Shown: piece after piece, positions 19,496 through 29,766 of the stretch
Layout of the letters: each line of letters begins with the position of its first letter
Numbering within the stretch: position 1 is the stretch's first letter
DNA from: Comamonadaceae bacterium
GTDB taxonomy: Bacteria; Pseudomonadota; Gammaproteobacteria; Burkholderiales; Burkholderiaceae_C
Length of the DNA: 64,000 bases
Reading direction: 5' to 3'
Assembly: GCA_947373605.1 (NCBI GenBank)
Contig: CANBYM010000001.1
Span: forward strand, 26,191-90,190
The notes under the pieces: model-generated
What the model was told of the DNA's origin: nothing
The model's input: only the letters and a program-made list of their open reading frames with translations
The model's database searches: none
Translations under genes and position numbers: made by a program

Positions 19496-21838
19496 TTACC
19501 TGGTGGCATTTGCATCGGCAACAGTTAGAGCGGTCATATTTACGATGCGCCTTACCGTGGTGCTGGCTGTCAGGATATGCACCGGTTTGGCAGCACCCAG
19601 TAAAACCGGCCCAATGGCAATGTTGCCGCCAGCTGCAGTTTTAAGCAAGTTATAGGCAATATTGGCAGCGTCTATATTGGGAAGCACCAGCAAATTGGCG
19701 TCACCGTGCAAGGTGCTATTGGGCATCAGCGCTTTACGGGCTTCTCCATCCAAAGCGACATCCCCGTGCATTTCACCATCCACTTCCAGCCAAGGCGCTT
19801 CACGTTGCAGAATCTGCAGAGTGCGGCGCATTTTCACGGCGCTGGGCTCATTGCTGCTGCCGAAGCTGGAGTGGCTTAGCAGTGCCGCCTTGGGCTTAAG
19901 GCCAAAGCGCATCATTTCTTCAGCCGCCATGACGGTGATTTCGGCCAGTTCGTCGGCAGTGGGGTCATAGTTGACGTGGGTATCCACCAAAAACACCTGG
20001 CGTCCAGGCAGCATCAATCCGTTCATGCAGGCGTAAATTTGCACCTCCTGTGGGGTGCTGGGGCTGCCGCCGGGACGTTTGCCGATCACTTGGTCGATGT
20101 ATTGGAGGTGGGTGGCAGTGGTGCCCCAAGTGCCGCAGATCAGGCCGTCCACATCGCCTTTTTGCAGCAGCATGGCTCCGATTAGGGTGAGGCGACGGCG
20201 CATTTCAATTTTTGCAACTTGAACCGTCACGCCCTTGCGCTCCGTCATACGGTGGTAGGTCTGCCAGAAATCACGGTACCGGTGGTCCTGCTCTACATTG
20301 ACCACGTTGTAGTCCACACCTTCCTTGAGGCGCAGGCCGAAAGTCTCAATACGCTCGGCAATAACGGCCGGACGTCCGATCAAAGTGGGCAATGCCAAAC
20401 CTTCATCCACCACAATTTGCGCTGCACGCAAGACGCGTTCTTCCTCGCCTTCAGCATAGGCAACACGCTTTTTGAGCGCCTTTTTTGCCGCTGTAAAGAT
20501 CGGCTTCATGGTGGTGCCGGAGGCATAAACAAAGCTCTGCAGACGCTCCCGGTAGGCGTCCATGTCCGCAATAGGACGCAATGCCACACCGCTGTCAGCA
20601 GCCGCTTTGGCCACCGCCGGTGCGATCTTCATCATCAGGCGTGGATCAAATGGCTTGGGGATCAGGTATTCGGGCCCGAATGCCAACTGCTCGCCTACGT
20701 AAGCTGCCGCCACGACCTCGCTTTGCTCCGCTTGTGCAAGCTCGGCAATCGCGTGCACAGCAGCAATTTCCATCTCCAACGTAATAGTGGACGCGCCTGC
20801 ATCCAGCGCACCACGGAAGATGTAGGGGAAGCACAGAACGTTATTTACCTGATTGGGGTAGTCAGTGCGTCCCGTTGCCATAACGGCGTCGCCACGCACA
20901 GCCTTCACCTCTTCGGGAAGGATTTCCGGCGTTGGGTTCGCCAGCGCAAAAATCAGGGGGTTCGGTGCCATGGTTTTGACCATGTCTGCCTTGAGAACGC
21001 CACCTGCTGAAAGGCCCAGAAATACGTCGGCCCCTGCAATAACTTCACGCAAGGTACGTGCATCAGTCTTTTGGGCAAAGAATGCCTTGTCTTCGTCCAT
21101 CAGCTCGGTGCGCCCCTCGTAGACGACGCCAGCCAGATCAGTCACAAAAATGTTTTCACGTGGAATACCCAGCTTGACCAGCAGCCCCAAGCAGGCCAAC
21201 GCGGCGGCGCCCGCACCGGACGTCACCAGCTTAATCTTCTTGGGGTCCTTGTTGACCACCTTCAAGCCATTGAGCATGGCTGCACCCACAACAATTGCCG
21301 TACCGTGCTGGTCGTCGTGGAACACCGGGATGTTCATGCGCTCACGCAACTTGCGTTCTACATAAAAGCAGTCCGGTGCCTTGATGTCTTCCAGGTTGAT
21401 GCCGCCGAAAGTGGGCTCCAGCGATGCGATGATGTCCACCAACTTATCCAAGTCGTGCTTCTCATTGATCTCAATGTCAAACACATCAATGCCTGCAAAC
21501 TTCTTGAACAAGACGCCCTTACCCTCCATCACCGGCTTGGCCGCCAGCGGTCCGATGTCACCCAGCCCCAGCACCGCCGTGCCATTGGTGATGACCGCTA
21601 CCAGATTGCCCCGGCTGGTGTACTTGAAAGCGTTGTTGGGGTCTTTGACGATTTCTTCGCAAGGGGCAGCGACGCCGGGTGAATAGGCTAGAGCCAGGTC
21701 GTGCTGGTTGACCAGCTGCTTGGTTGCTGCAATCGCAATTTTGCCGGGTGTCGGAAACTCGTGGTATTCCAGTGCAGCGCGACGCAGTTCAGCGGCCTTG
21801 TCAGATGAATGGGATGGGCCGGGTAGATTCGGGGTCAT
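19496..21838 (-). CDS. maeB: NADP-dependent malic enzyme fused to a phosphotransacetylase-like domain
   Basis: [26 protein letters not shown] and GAGAA motifs; C-terminal PTA-like domain (DGEMHGD). Confidence 0.97.
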   Translation of the reverse strand: MTPNLPGPSHSSDKAAELRRAALEYHEFPTPGKIAIAATKQLVNQHDLALAYSPGVAAPCEEIVKDPNNAFKYTSRGNLVAVITNGTAVLGLGDIGPLAAKPVMEGKGVLFKKFAGIDVFDIEINEKHDLDKLVDIIASLEPTFGGINLEDIKAPDCFYVERKLRERMNIPVFHDDQHGTAIVVGAAMLNGLKVVNKDPKKIKLVTSGAGAAALACLGLLVKLGIPRENIFVTDLAGVVYEGRTELMDEDKAFFAQKTDARTLREVIAGADVFLGLSAGGVLKADMVKTMAPNPLIFALANPTPEILPEEVKAVRGDAVMATGRTDYPNQVNNVLCFPYIFRGALDAGASTITLEMEIAAVHAIAELAQAEQSEVVAAAYVGEQLAFGPEYLIPKPFDPRLMMKIAPAVAKAAADSGVALRPIADMDAYRERLQSFVYASGTTMKPIFTAAKKALKKRVAYAEGEEERVLRAAQIVVDEGLALPTLIGRPAVIAERIETFGLRLKEGVDYNVVNVEQDHRYRDFWQTYHRMTERKGVTVQVAKIEMRRRLTLIGAMLLQKGDVDGLICGTWGTTATHLQYIDQVIGKRPGGSPSTPQEVQIYACMNGLMLPGRQVFLVDTHVNYDPTADELAEITVMAAEEMMRFGLKPKAALLSHSSFGSSNEPSAVKMRRTLQILQREAPWLEVDGEMHGDVALDGEARKALMPNSTLHGDANLLVLPNIDAANIAYNLLKTAAGGNIAIGPVLLGAAKPVHILTASTTVRRIVNMTALTVADANATR

Positions 21839-21922
21839 TGTTCGTCCTCTGTTTTAAGGACCGCCCCAATGGCACGGCCCCGCTTGTGATTAGGGCTGTG
21901 AATTGTAGACCTCCAGGAAAAC

Positions 21923-23113
21923 TTAGAGAACGGTAGTCTTGGAAAACTCCATTCGCCGTACAGTTTGCTTGGCCGTCAGCACAAAGCCGCGTTGCACGCC
22001 GTCACTGTCGATAAATCGCCATACGCCGGAAGCTTCGTTCGCGTCAGCAATCCATTCCCCCGCCACAGATGGATGCGCCGCTGAAACGACAATGGGCCAA
22101 GCGGGCGTCTTAATAGAGACAGGCATCAAAGGAAAAACAAGTGCCGTAGGCGTACCAGCTAGGTTAGCGGCCAAGGCTTTTGCAGCATTCATGATCGGCA
22201 TGACATAGGGCAGAGTACGTTGTCCCGCTGACGCATATTGTGCGCAATCGCCCAATGCAAATACGTGTGGTGCCGATGTCCGTAACTGGGCATCAACGAC
22301 TACACCGCGCTCGCAGGCCAATCCTGCGGCAGCGGCCAATGCGGTATCTGCACGCAGGCCGATGGCGCTCAGTACCGCGTCGGCAGAAAGTATGGTGGCG
22401 TCGGACAAAGTAATGCACAAACCTGATGCACCCGCACTATCCACAGTCTGCACCGTACTGCCGAAGTGCCATTTCGTTCCCAAATCCTCGAGGGCCTTTT
22501 GCAACTCCAGCCCCGCCGCTTCCGGTAGCAATGCGGCCAGTGGACGGGAAGAAGGGTCAACAACATGAACTGAGTGCCCCGCTTGCAATAGATCATTGGC
22601 GAATTCGCAGCCGATCAAGCCGGCACCGATAAGCACAATGGTTTTAGAACCAGTTTCATCGTTGTCCGCGTCTGACGCATGTAAGGAAGCGTGAAATGCA
22701 GCAAAGTCATCCAACGAATTGACGGCACGAACCTGGTCCACCGCATCTCCTGCCATAGGTGCACGAATGGCTTTCGCACCTGTGGCCAACACCAGCTGCG
22801 AGAACGAAAGTGTCGTTGTGGCCTCGCCATTTTGCAGAGTTAGCCCTTTGCCGCCGATATCAATGCCTGTAACCTGCGTGTGCGCCATCAATGTGACATT
22901 GAGGGTCTCCGCCATTTTGGCGGCTGGTGTGCTGATGAGTTGAGCCGGAAGGCGCTTTTGAGCGAACGCATTGGACAACGACGGTTTTGCATAAAAGTCG
23001 CCACTGTCCGAAGTCACCACTACCACCGGTGTCCCGGTGTCGAGTTTGCGGAATTCACGTACAGTGGTCCAGCCCGCGAGCCCGCCACCGATGACAACGA
23101 TGGGTGCGCTCAT
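21923..23113 (-). CDS. NAD(P)H:rubredoxin oxidoreductase
   Basis: GGGLAG, YAKPSLS, GAGLIGCEFANDL and GDCA motifs; abuts the rubredoxin gene. Confidence 0.9.
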   Translation of the reverse strand: MSAPIVVIGGGLAGWTTVREFRKLDTGTPVVVVTSDSGDFYAKPSLSNAFAQKRLPAQLISTPAAKMAETLNVTLMAHTQVTGIDIGGKGLTLQNGEATTTLSFSQLVLATGAKAIRAPMAGDAVDQVRAVNSLDDFAAFHASLHASDADNDETGSKTIVLIGAGLIGCEFANDLLQAGHSVHVVDPSSRPLAALLPEAAGLELQKALEDLGTKWHFGSTVQTVDSAGASGLCITLSDATILSADAVLSAIGLRADTALAAAAGLACERGVVVDAQLRTSAPHVFALGDCAQYASAGQRTLPYVMPIMNAAKALAANLAGTPTALVFPLMPVSIKTPAWPIVVSAAHPSVAGEWIADANEASGVWRFIDSDGVQRGFVLTAKQTVRRMEFSKTTVL

Positions 23114-23278
23114 TCAGATTTCTACCGGTTCAAAGTCTGCCTTGGCTACGCCGCAGTCCGGGCAGGCCCAGCTCTCAGGCACATCCGCCCACAACGTGCC
23201 GGGTGCAATCCCATCCTCGGGGCGGCCGGCAGCCTCGTCATACACAAAGCCGCAAACAATGCAAATATAGGTTTTCAT
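23114..23278 (-). CDS. Rubredoxin
   Basis: CIVCG...CPDCG (two CxxC), 54 aa. Confidence 0.96.
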   Translation of the reverse strand: MKTYICIVCGFVYDEAAGRPEDGIAPGTLWADVPESWACPDCGVAKADFEPVEI

Positions 23279-23298
23279 GGGTATGGTTTCCTTCAAAA

Positions 23299-23781
23299 TT
23301 AAATAGTGACTTTGGCTAATTGCTGCTTGTAATGGTTGGCATGGCGCTCTTCCACTTTGGCGAGCGCTGCAAAACGCTTCTGGGCTTTTTCCAGCGTAGC
23401 TTTGAATTGTGCCGCGTGCTCTTTGCTCTCAGCAATTTGCTCGTTCATTTCGGCCGCAGCAGCAGCGTTACCCTCGGCTTCGGCGGTTTTGCGAAAACCG
23501 GGATACATCTCGGTGTACTCATAAGTTTCACCATCAATGGCGATTTGCAATGCCTTTGCGGGCGTCATCGTAGCCTTGGGGTAAAGCAAATCAAGGTGAC
23601 CGAAGGCGTGCATCACTTCCTGGTCAGCCGTTTCTTCAAAGGTACGTGCGGTTTCCTCGTCTCCGGCTTCGCGGGCCAACTTTGCAAAGTAGCGGTACTT
23701 GATATGGGCCATCGACTCACCGGCAAAAGCGGCTTCGAGGTTGGCAAAGGTTTTGATTTCGGGGCGTTGTTGAATGCTCAT
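23299..23781 (-). CDS. Short rubrerythrin (ferritin-like di-iron domain only)
   Basis: [31 protein letters not shown] motifs; no C-terminal CxxC domain; start 23781 or 23784. Confidence 0.92.
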   Translation of the reverse strand: MSIQQRPEIKTFANLEAAFAGESMAHIKYRYFAKLAREAGDEETARTFEETADQEVMHAFGHLDLLYPKATMTPAKALQIAIDGETYEYTEMYPGFRKTAEAEGNAAAAAEMNEQIAESKEHAAQFKATLEKAQKRFAALAKVEERHANHYKQQLAKVTI

Positions 23782-23943
23782 CATGGGCTCCTGTTGGTTG
23801 ATGGGTGAATGATAGATGGCGACCCAATAAAAAGCCAATTGAGTTTCACTAATCGATTGATAGTGCCTATTTTGAATCGGCTGCAAAATGGCCGCTTGCG
23901 GGCCACGTGACAAGGTATCGAGCGGCCTGTCGTAATCCGAAAG

Positions 23944-24966
23944 GTGTCACGCATGCACTCCTCTGCCGAAAACAATCATTCAATTGGCAGCAAGCCATTA
24001 CACGGCCTTTATCCCCAAATCGAACCATACCGCACAGGCACTTTGCCGGTGGATGAAATTCACACTCTCTACTGGGAGGAATGCGGCAACCCGGAGGGCG
24101 TTCCGGTATTGTTCTTTCATGGCGGGCCGGGCGCTGGCCTGTCGCCCAAACACCGGCAGTTTTTTGACCCTGCTCATTACCGTATTGTTTTGTTTGATCA
24201 GCGTGGTGCCGGCAAATCCAAGCCACTGGGCGAATACCGCAACAACACGACGCAGTTGCTGGTGCAAGACACCGAGCGCCTGCGGCAGATGTTGGGCATC
24301 GAGCAATGGCTGGTGTTCGGTGGCTCGTGGGGCTCCACCATGGCCTTGGCCTATGGTCAGGCGCATCCAGAGCGCTGTACCGGCTTTGTGCTGCGTGGAA
24401 TTTTCCTGTGTACACAATCGGAAATTGACTGGTTCATGAATGGTATCCGGTGGTTCTTCCCGAAGGCCCACGAGCGTTTTGTAGCGCCCATCGCTGCCGA
24501 AGAACGAATGGACCTTATGAGCGCCTATAGCAGGCAATTATTCAGTGACAACCCTTCGGAAAATATGTCCGCTGCGCGCACCTGGGGCCGTTACGAAGGA
24601 AGCTGCATCCATCTTTTGCCACACCCGGACGTGGAGGAAGAATTTGGCGGTGACACTGTCGGCTTGGCTGTCGGGCGATTAGAAGCGCACTACTTTAGCA
24701 ACCGGGGATTTTTCAGCGACGACCAGCTGATTCGCAATGTGGACCGCATCCGTCACCTGCCCGCCGTCATCATCCACGGCCGCTACGACATGCTTTGCCC
24801 GCCGCTGTCTGCCTGGCGCTTGCACAAGGCCTGGCCTGAAGCTGACTTCCATTTAATCCCGGACGCTGGCCATGGTGCATTCGAGCCATCCATCACTGGC
24901 GCCTTGGTGCGCGCGACGGACCAGTTCAAACTTGCGGCAACAGGAACCGCCGCTCCCAGGCACTAA
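23944..24966 (+). CDS. pip: Proline iminopeptidase
   Basis: LYPQIEPY, HGGPG, FDQRG and GGSWGS motifs; start may be 23953. Confidence 0.95.
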   Translation: MSRMHSSAENNHSIGSKPLHGLYPQIEPYRTGTLPVDEIHTLYWEECGNPEGVPVLFFHGGPGAGLSPKHRQFFDPAHYRIVLFDQRGAGKSKPLGEYRNNTTQLLVQDTERLRQMLGIEQWLVFGGSWGSTMALAYGQAHPERCTGFVLRGIFLCTQSEIDWFMNGIRWFFPKAHERFVAPIAAEERMDLMSAYSRQLFSDNPSENMSAARTWGRYEGSCIHLLPHPDVEEEFGGDTVGLAVGRLEAHYFSNRGFFSDDQLIRNVDRIRHLPAVIIHGRYDMLCPPLSAWRLHKAWPEADFHLIPDAGHGAFEPSITGALVRATDQFKLAATGTAAPRH

Positions 24967-26275
24967 TTTCGCTAAGGTAACTGTCGTATTCCAATTCCTT
25001 GACGGCGGTATATGCGGTTACAAATTTATCGCCCAGAAGGCGGCGACTTGCAGCACTGTTTTGCAGCGCTTCTAAAGCGGGTAAAAAGCTGCGTGCCAAT
25101 GCGTATTCCATGGCGTAACCATTGGCACCGGCCGGCAGAGGTACCGAGGGTTCAAGATTTTCACCCATGCCCGCCAGTCCCGAAGCCAACGACGCCGCGA
25201 TCGCCAGATAAGGATTGGCATCTGCGCCTGCAATCCGGTTCTCGACCCGGCGTGCCGCAGGTCCGCTCAGAGGAATACGCAGGCCCGTAGTACGATTGTC
25301 GTATCCCCACTCCAGATTAATGGGCGCCTGGCTGCCTTTGACAAATCGGCGATAGGAATTGACATGCGGTGCGTAGAGCAGCGTCATATCCGGTACGTAG
25401 GTTTGCAAACCGGCAATGAAGTGTGCAAATGCGAGTGTTTCTTTGCCATCGTCGCCACTGAAAATATTGCGCCCCGAGGAATCCACCACGCTTTGGTGCA
25501 AATGCATGGAGCTTCCAGGAGCACCTGCGATAGGTTTGGCCATAAACACCGCGTTCAGACCGTGCGCAATCGCCACCTCCTTGGCTGCATATTTGAACAA
25601 GAATGCTTGATCAGCCACCTGCACCGGATCGCCATGCAAAAGATTGATCTCATATTGTGTGGTGCCGACTTCGTGAATCCAGGTGTCCGCCTGAATCCCC
25701 AGTCCATCCAGCGTGCTGCGAAATGCATCCCAGAACGCCGAAAGCTCATTGAGCATATTCATGCTGAAGGCGGACTGCCCTGCTTCGGCACGCCCGTTAC
25801 GTGCGACCGGCGCAGTCAACGCCTGCGCGGGGTCGGTGCACGGTGCGGTCAAATAAAACTCAATCTCAGGTGCCACCACCGGCGTTAAACCCTGGGCGGT
25901 GTAACGCGCCACCACCTCTTTGAGCACAGAGCGCGGCGCAAACGCGCAGTGCGTTCCGTCCAGCTCCATGCAGTCATGGATAGCAAAGGCCCGCGGCACC
26001 GATGACCAGGGGGCCAATTTGAGCGTGCTGTAGTCGGGCACCAGCCGGATGTCCGGGTCGGCATCCGGAAAGACGGGATCGTAAGAATAATCACCCGTGA
26101 CACACTGCATCGGAATGGCCTGCGCGATGCGCAATTCGGCACCGGCCGCAAAGCTTGTCGCAGGCATGAGTTTGCCGCGCGGGTAGCCGGTAACGTCGGG
26201 GAAAAGACACTCGACGTCGCGAATTCCATGCTTGTGGAAAAAGGCTTGGATGTCAGCGTGCGATGCTTGAGTCAT
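24926..26275 (-). CDS. Glutamine synthetase-like gamma-glutamyl ligase (PuuA-like)
   Basis: RGK, APEIEFY, HE..QYEIN, FMAKP..PGSSMHLHQS, WGYDNRT and ENRIAGADANPYL motifs; about 450 aa. Confidence 0.88.
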   Translation of the reverse strand: MTQASHADIQAFFHKHGIRDVECLFPDVTGYPRGKLMPATSFAAGAELRIAQAIPMQCVTGDYSYDPVFPDADPDIRLVPDYSTLKLAPWSSVPRAFAIHDCMELDGTHCAFAPRSVLKEVVARYTAQGLTPVVAPEIEFYLTAPCTDPAQALTAPVARNGRAEAGQSAFSMNMLNELSAFWDAFRSTLDGLGIQADTWIHEVGTTQYEINLLHGDPVQVADQAFLFKYAAKEVAIAHGLNAVFMAKPIAGAPGSSMHLHQSVVDSSGRNIFSGDDGKETLAFAHFIAGLQTYVPDMTLLYAPHVNSYRRFVKGSQAPINLEWGYDNRTTGLRIPLSGPAARRVENRIAGADANPYLAIAASLASGLAGMGENLEPSVPLPAGANGYAMEYALARSFLPALEALQNSAASRRLLGDKFVTAYTAVKELEYDSYLSEISAWERRFLLPQV

Positions 26276-26332
26276 GGTGAAATGCAAAATTCTTAATGGA
26301 GCAATAAGGCAGCATTTTCAGCGCAACTTTGT

Positions 26333-27715
26333 ATGCCGAGTGTGATGAATATGACGAAATGGGATTTGATTGTGATCGGCGGGGGCTCCGGCGGCGTACG
26401 CGCCGCACGTATAGCGGCACTTCATGGCGCAAAGGTAGCGCTAGTAGAGGAGCATCGCTTAGGAGGCACTTGCGTGATTCGCGGCTGCGTACCCAAAAAA
26501 TTGATGGTCTACGCGTCGCGTTTCGCGCAGGAGCTGGACGAGGCGGCGGGCTTTGGCTGGAGCGTACAAGGCGCTGCTTTTGACTGGCCCACGCTCAAGG
26601 CCAACCGCGACCGTGAAGTGGCCCGGCTCGAAGATGTGTACCGCAACAATCTGGTTACAGCGGGCGTGACCGTGCTCGATTCGCGCGCGACTATGCAAAG
26701 TCAGAACAGCGTGCGGCTTGTTGATGGCACAGTGCTGGAGGCCGAAAATGTGCTGATCGCCACGGGTAGTACCCCCGATGCTGGCCCGGACATAGAAGGC
26801 GGCGAACTCGCCATTGACTCCAATGGTTTTTTTGAACTAACGTCGCTTCCACCGCGGGTGGTGGTGCAGGGCGCGGGTTACATTGCGCTGGAGCTGGCCT
26901 GCGTGCTGCGGCTGCTGGGCGCCGAGGTCACAGTGGTCGTGCGGGGCGACCAAATCCTGCGCGGTTTTGACGATGAATTGCGGCGCCATCTGGCCCAGGA
27001 GCTAACCCAAACCGGAATCCACTTGCGCTACGGTCGGCAAATTGCCTCCATCGCCAAGAATGGGACAGCGCTGCAGGTTGCGCTGGACAATCACGAGCGA
27101 CTGCCCGCGGATTGCGTACTGCGCGCAACCGGGCGCAGGCCCAATACACGCGGACTTGGTTTGCAGGAGCTGGGAGTGAATTTGGACGCGGCCGGCGCTG
27201 TGTCTGTCGATGCGTATTCCCAAAGTTCCGTCCAGTGCATTTATGCCGTGGGCGATGTCACCAACCGCGTCAACTTGACCCCCATGGCCATCCGGGAAGG
27301 CCATGCCTTTGCAGATACTGTATTCGGCAAACTGGTACGAACGGTGGACCATACACTGGTACCCAGCGCCGTGTTCACGACACCGGAAGCCGGTACCGTG
27401 GGCCTCACCGAAGAACAGGCACTGCGGCAATTTCCGCATCTGGATGTGTACCGCAGCACATTCCGGCCAATGAAGGCTACTCTGTCGGGTCACCCCACCA
27501 AGGTGTTTTTAAAGTTGCTGGTAGACCGTGACACCGACAGAGTACTGGGCTTTCATGCTGTAGGCCCGGACACGGGCGAAATGGCGCAACTCGTGGGCAT
27601 CACTTTGCAGTTGGGCGCGACCAAAGCGGCGTTTGACGCTACGCTGGCTGTGCATCCAACCGCTGCGGAGGAGCTAGTCACCATGCGCGCACCGGCAGTG
27701 CAACATAACCTGTGA
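26333..27715 (+). CDS. gor: Glutathione-disulfide reductase
   Basis: GGTCVIRGCVPKK, GAGYIA and HPTAAEE motifs; start may be 26345 or 26351. Confidence 0.93.
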   Translation: MPSVMNMTKWDLIVIGGGSGGVRAARIAALHGAKVALVEEHRLGGTCVIRGCVPKKLMVYASRFAQELDEAAGFGWSVQGAAFDWPTLKANRDREVARLEDVYRNNLVTAGVTVLDSRATMQSQNSVRLVDGTVLEAENVLIATGSTPDAGPDIEGGELAIDSNGFFELTSLPPRVVVQGAGYIALELACVLRLLGAEVTVVVRGDQILRGFDDELRRHLAQELTQTGIHLRYGRQIASIAKNGTALQVALDNHERLPADCVLRATGRRPNTRGLGLQELGVNLDAAGAVSVDAYSQSSVQCIYAVGDVTNRVNLTPMAIREGHAFADTVFGKLVRTVDHTLVPSAVFTTPEAGTVGLTEEQALRQFPHLDVYRSTFRPMKATLSGHPTKVFLKLLVDRDTDRVLGFHAVGPDTGEMAQLVGITLQLGATKAAFDATLAVHPTAAEELVTMRAPAVQHNL

Positions 27716-27748
27716 TGACGACAACAACCATTTGGAATAGAGGTTTGA

Positions 27749-28690
27749 ATGTCCACTGATGTACACCAGCACCGTAAGGGCGCACTGCTGGTTTTTGGAT
27801 CGGCGGCGGTGTGGAGTTTCGGCGGTGCCATTGCACGCTATTTAAGCGTCACCGATAGCTGGGTCGTCGTGTTCTGGCGTTCGGTGTTTGCCACTGTTTT
27901 CTTGTTGTGCTTCATGTTGTGGCGGGACGGGCCGCGTACCACCCTTGCGAGTTTTCGCAACATGGGTCTGCCCGGCCTGGGCGTCGCGTTTTGCTTTGCC
28001 ACGGCCTCAACCTCTTTTGTAGTTGCGCTGGCGCATACCACGGTGGCTAACGTACTATTGATACAGGCAGGCGTACCGCTGATTGCCGCGTTGATGACTT
28101 TTATTCTTTTTGGCGAACGTATTACCGGCGCAACGTGGGCTGCGATTACGGCGGTGATAACCGGCGTAGGCGTCATGGTGTCCGGCTCGGCGGGCGGTCG
28201 CATGTCGGTGTTGGGTGACGGCTTGGCCTTGGTGGTGGCGCTTGTGTTTGCGGGTGCCACGGTGATTACCCGCCGTCATGCCAACGTCGGCATGATGCCC
28301 GCCGTGTGCACCGGCACCTTGATTGCCGGTGTGGTGTCATCGTTCATGGCAAGCCATTACGCGGTCAATGCCATGGATGCGACGTTGCTGTTTTGTTTCG
28401 GTGCCCTGAACCTGGGACTGGGCATGGCCTTTTTTGTGACCGGAGTGCGCCTGCTGCCCTCCGCGTTAGCGGCACTGATCGGCGTGGCGGAACCCGTGTT
28501 GGGACCCGTCTGGGTCTGGCTGGTTCATGGGGAAGTGCCCGGAGCCCGCACACTGACAGGGGGACTGCTGGTTTTTGTAGCACTGCTGACCCATTTGTTC
28601 TGGCAGTTCCGGGCCCAAGCCAAAGCACAGGCGCTGACCCATGTCCCTATGCCTGATGGCACCGACACTGGAGCTCCGCCACATGCCTGA
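27749..28690 (+). CDS. DMT/EamA family transporter
   Basis: About 10 hydrophobic segments; EPVLGPVWVWL..GE motif. Confidence 0.88.
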   Translation: MSTDVHQHRKGALLVFGSAAVWSFGGAIARYLSVTDSWVVVFWRSVFATVFLLCFMLWRDGPRTTLASFRNMGLPGLGVAFCFATASTSFVVALAHTTVANVLLIQAGVPLIAALMTFILFGERITGATWAAITAVITGVGVMVSGSAGGRMSVLGDGLALVVALVFAGATVITRRHANVGMMPAVCTGTLIAGVVSSFMASHYAVNAMDATLLFCFGALNLGLGMAFFVTGVRLLPSALAALIGVAEPVLGPVWVWLVHGEVPGARTLTGGLLVFVALLTHLFWQFRAQAKAQALTHVPMPDGTDTGAPPHA

Positions 28691-29741
28691 ACCGTCGATG
28701 ACTTCCACCATGAAAGCCATGGTTACCACGGGCCATGGCGGCTACGAAAAGTTGGAATACCGCAATGTGCCCATGCCGCAACTGAACCAAGGCGAGGTGC
28801 TTTTGCAGGTGCTGGCGGCGGGCATCAACAACACCGACATCAATACCCGCTTGGGTTGGTATGGCACATCCTCGAACGCAAATGAAACCCAGCAGGATGC
28901 GCCACTGGGTTGGAATGGCGCAACTCCGTTTCCCCTGATTCAAGGTGCGGATTGCTGCGGCCGCGTACTTGCCTGCGCGAGTGACGTAGCAGGCATAGCG
29001 CTTGGCTCACGCGTGCTGGTACGCTCCTGCATGCGCGTAGCCGGTTTTGATTCGTCACAAACGCGTTGGCTGGGTACCGATATGCAAGGCGCGTTTGCCC
29101 AATTTGTAAAAGTGCCCGCCACTGAGGTTTTTGCCGTTAACAGCAATTGGACCGATGCGCAGCTTGCCACCATTCCCTGTGCCTACGGTACCGCCGAGAA
29201 CATGTTGCAGCGCGTGAATGTGAAGCCGGGTGAACGGGTTCTGGTTACCGGCGCGTCAGGTGGCGTGGGCTCAGCAGCGGTACAACTGGCCAAACGGCGT
29301 GGTGCAAATGTTGTGGCTTTGACTACCCGCGCCAAGCAGGCACAGTTGCGAGAATTGGGCGCGCACGAAGTGCTGTGCCGCGAAGACGATTGTTGGAGTA
29401 CCTTCTCAGTGGAGAGTGTGGACGTCGTGGTGGACAACGTGGCCGGACCGGGCTTCGGGAACCTGCTCAAGGTGCTCAAACGCGGGGGCAGGTATGTCAG
29501 CTCGGGCGCCATTGCCGGACCGGAGGTTGCGCTGGATATGCGTGACCTTTACCTCAAAGACATTACGCTGTCTGGCTGCACGGCATGGGGCGAGCCAGTC
29601 TTCACAAATCTGATTGGCTATATCGAACGCAACGAAATCGTGCCATTGCTGGCCGCCACTTACGCCTTGCAGAGCATGGCCGCTGCGCAACAACAATTTT
29701 TGCTAAAACAGCATATTGGCAATCTGGTGCTATTCCCCTAG
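28683..29741 (+). CDS. Medium-chain dehydrogenase/quinone oxidoreductase-like protein
   Basis: INNTDINTRLG, QGADCCG and TGASGGVG motifs; start uncertain (28683-28710). Confidence 0.88.
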   Translation: MPEPSMTSTMKAMVTTGHGGYEKLEYRNVPMPQLNQGEVLLQVLAAGINNTDINTRLGWYGTSSNANETQQDAPLGWNGATPFPLIQGADCCGRVLACASDVAGIALGSRVLVRSCMRVAGFDSSQTRWLGTDMQGAFAQFVKVPATEVFAVNSNWTDAQLATIPCAYGTAENMLQRVNVKPGERVLVTGASGGVGSAAVQLAKRRGANVVALTTRAKQAQLRELGAHEVLCREDDCWSTFSVESVDVVVDNVAGPGFGNLLKVLKRGGRYVSSGAIAGPEVALDMRDLYLKDITLSGCTAWGEPVFTNLIGYIERNEIVPLLAATYALQSMAAAQQQFLLKQHIGNLVLFP

Positions 29742-29766
29742 CCCTTCACCTGGCCTGCCCGCGAAT

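Noticed and set aside
23810-23865. Full OxyR box upstream of rubrerythrin
   Set aside because: Only one ATAG-N7-CTAT-like half fits, so it is not listed as a feature
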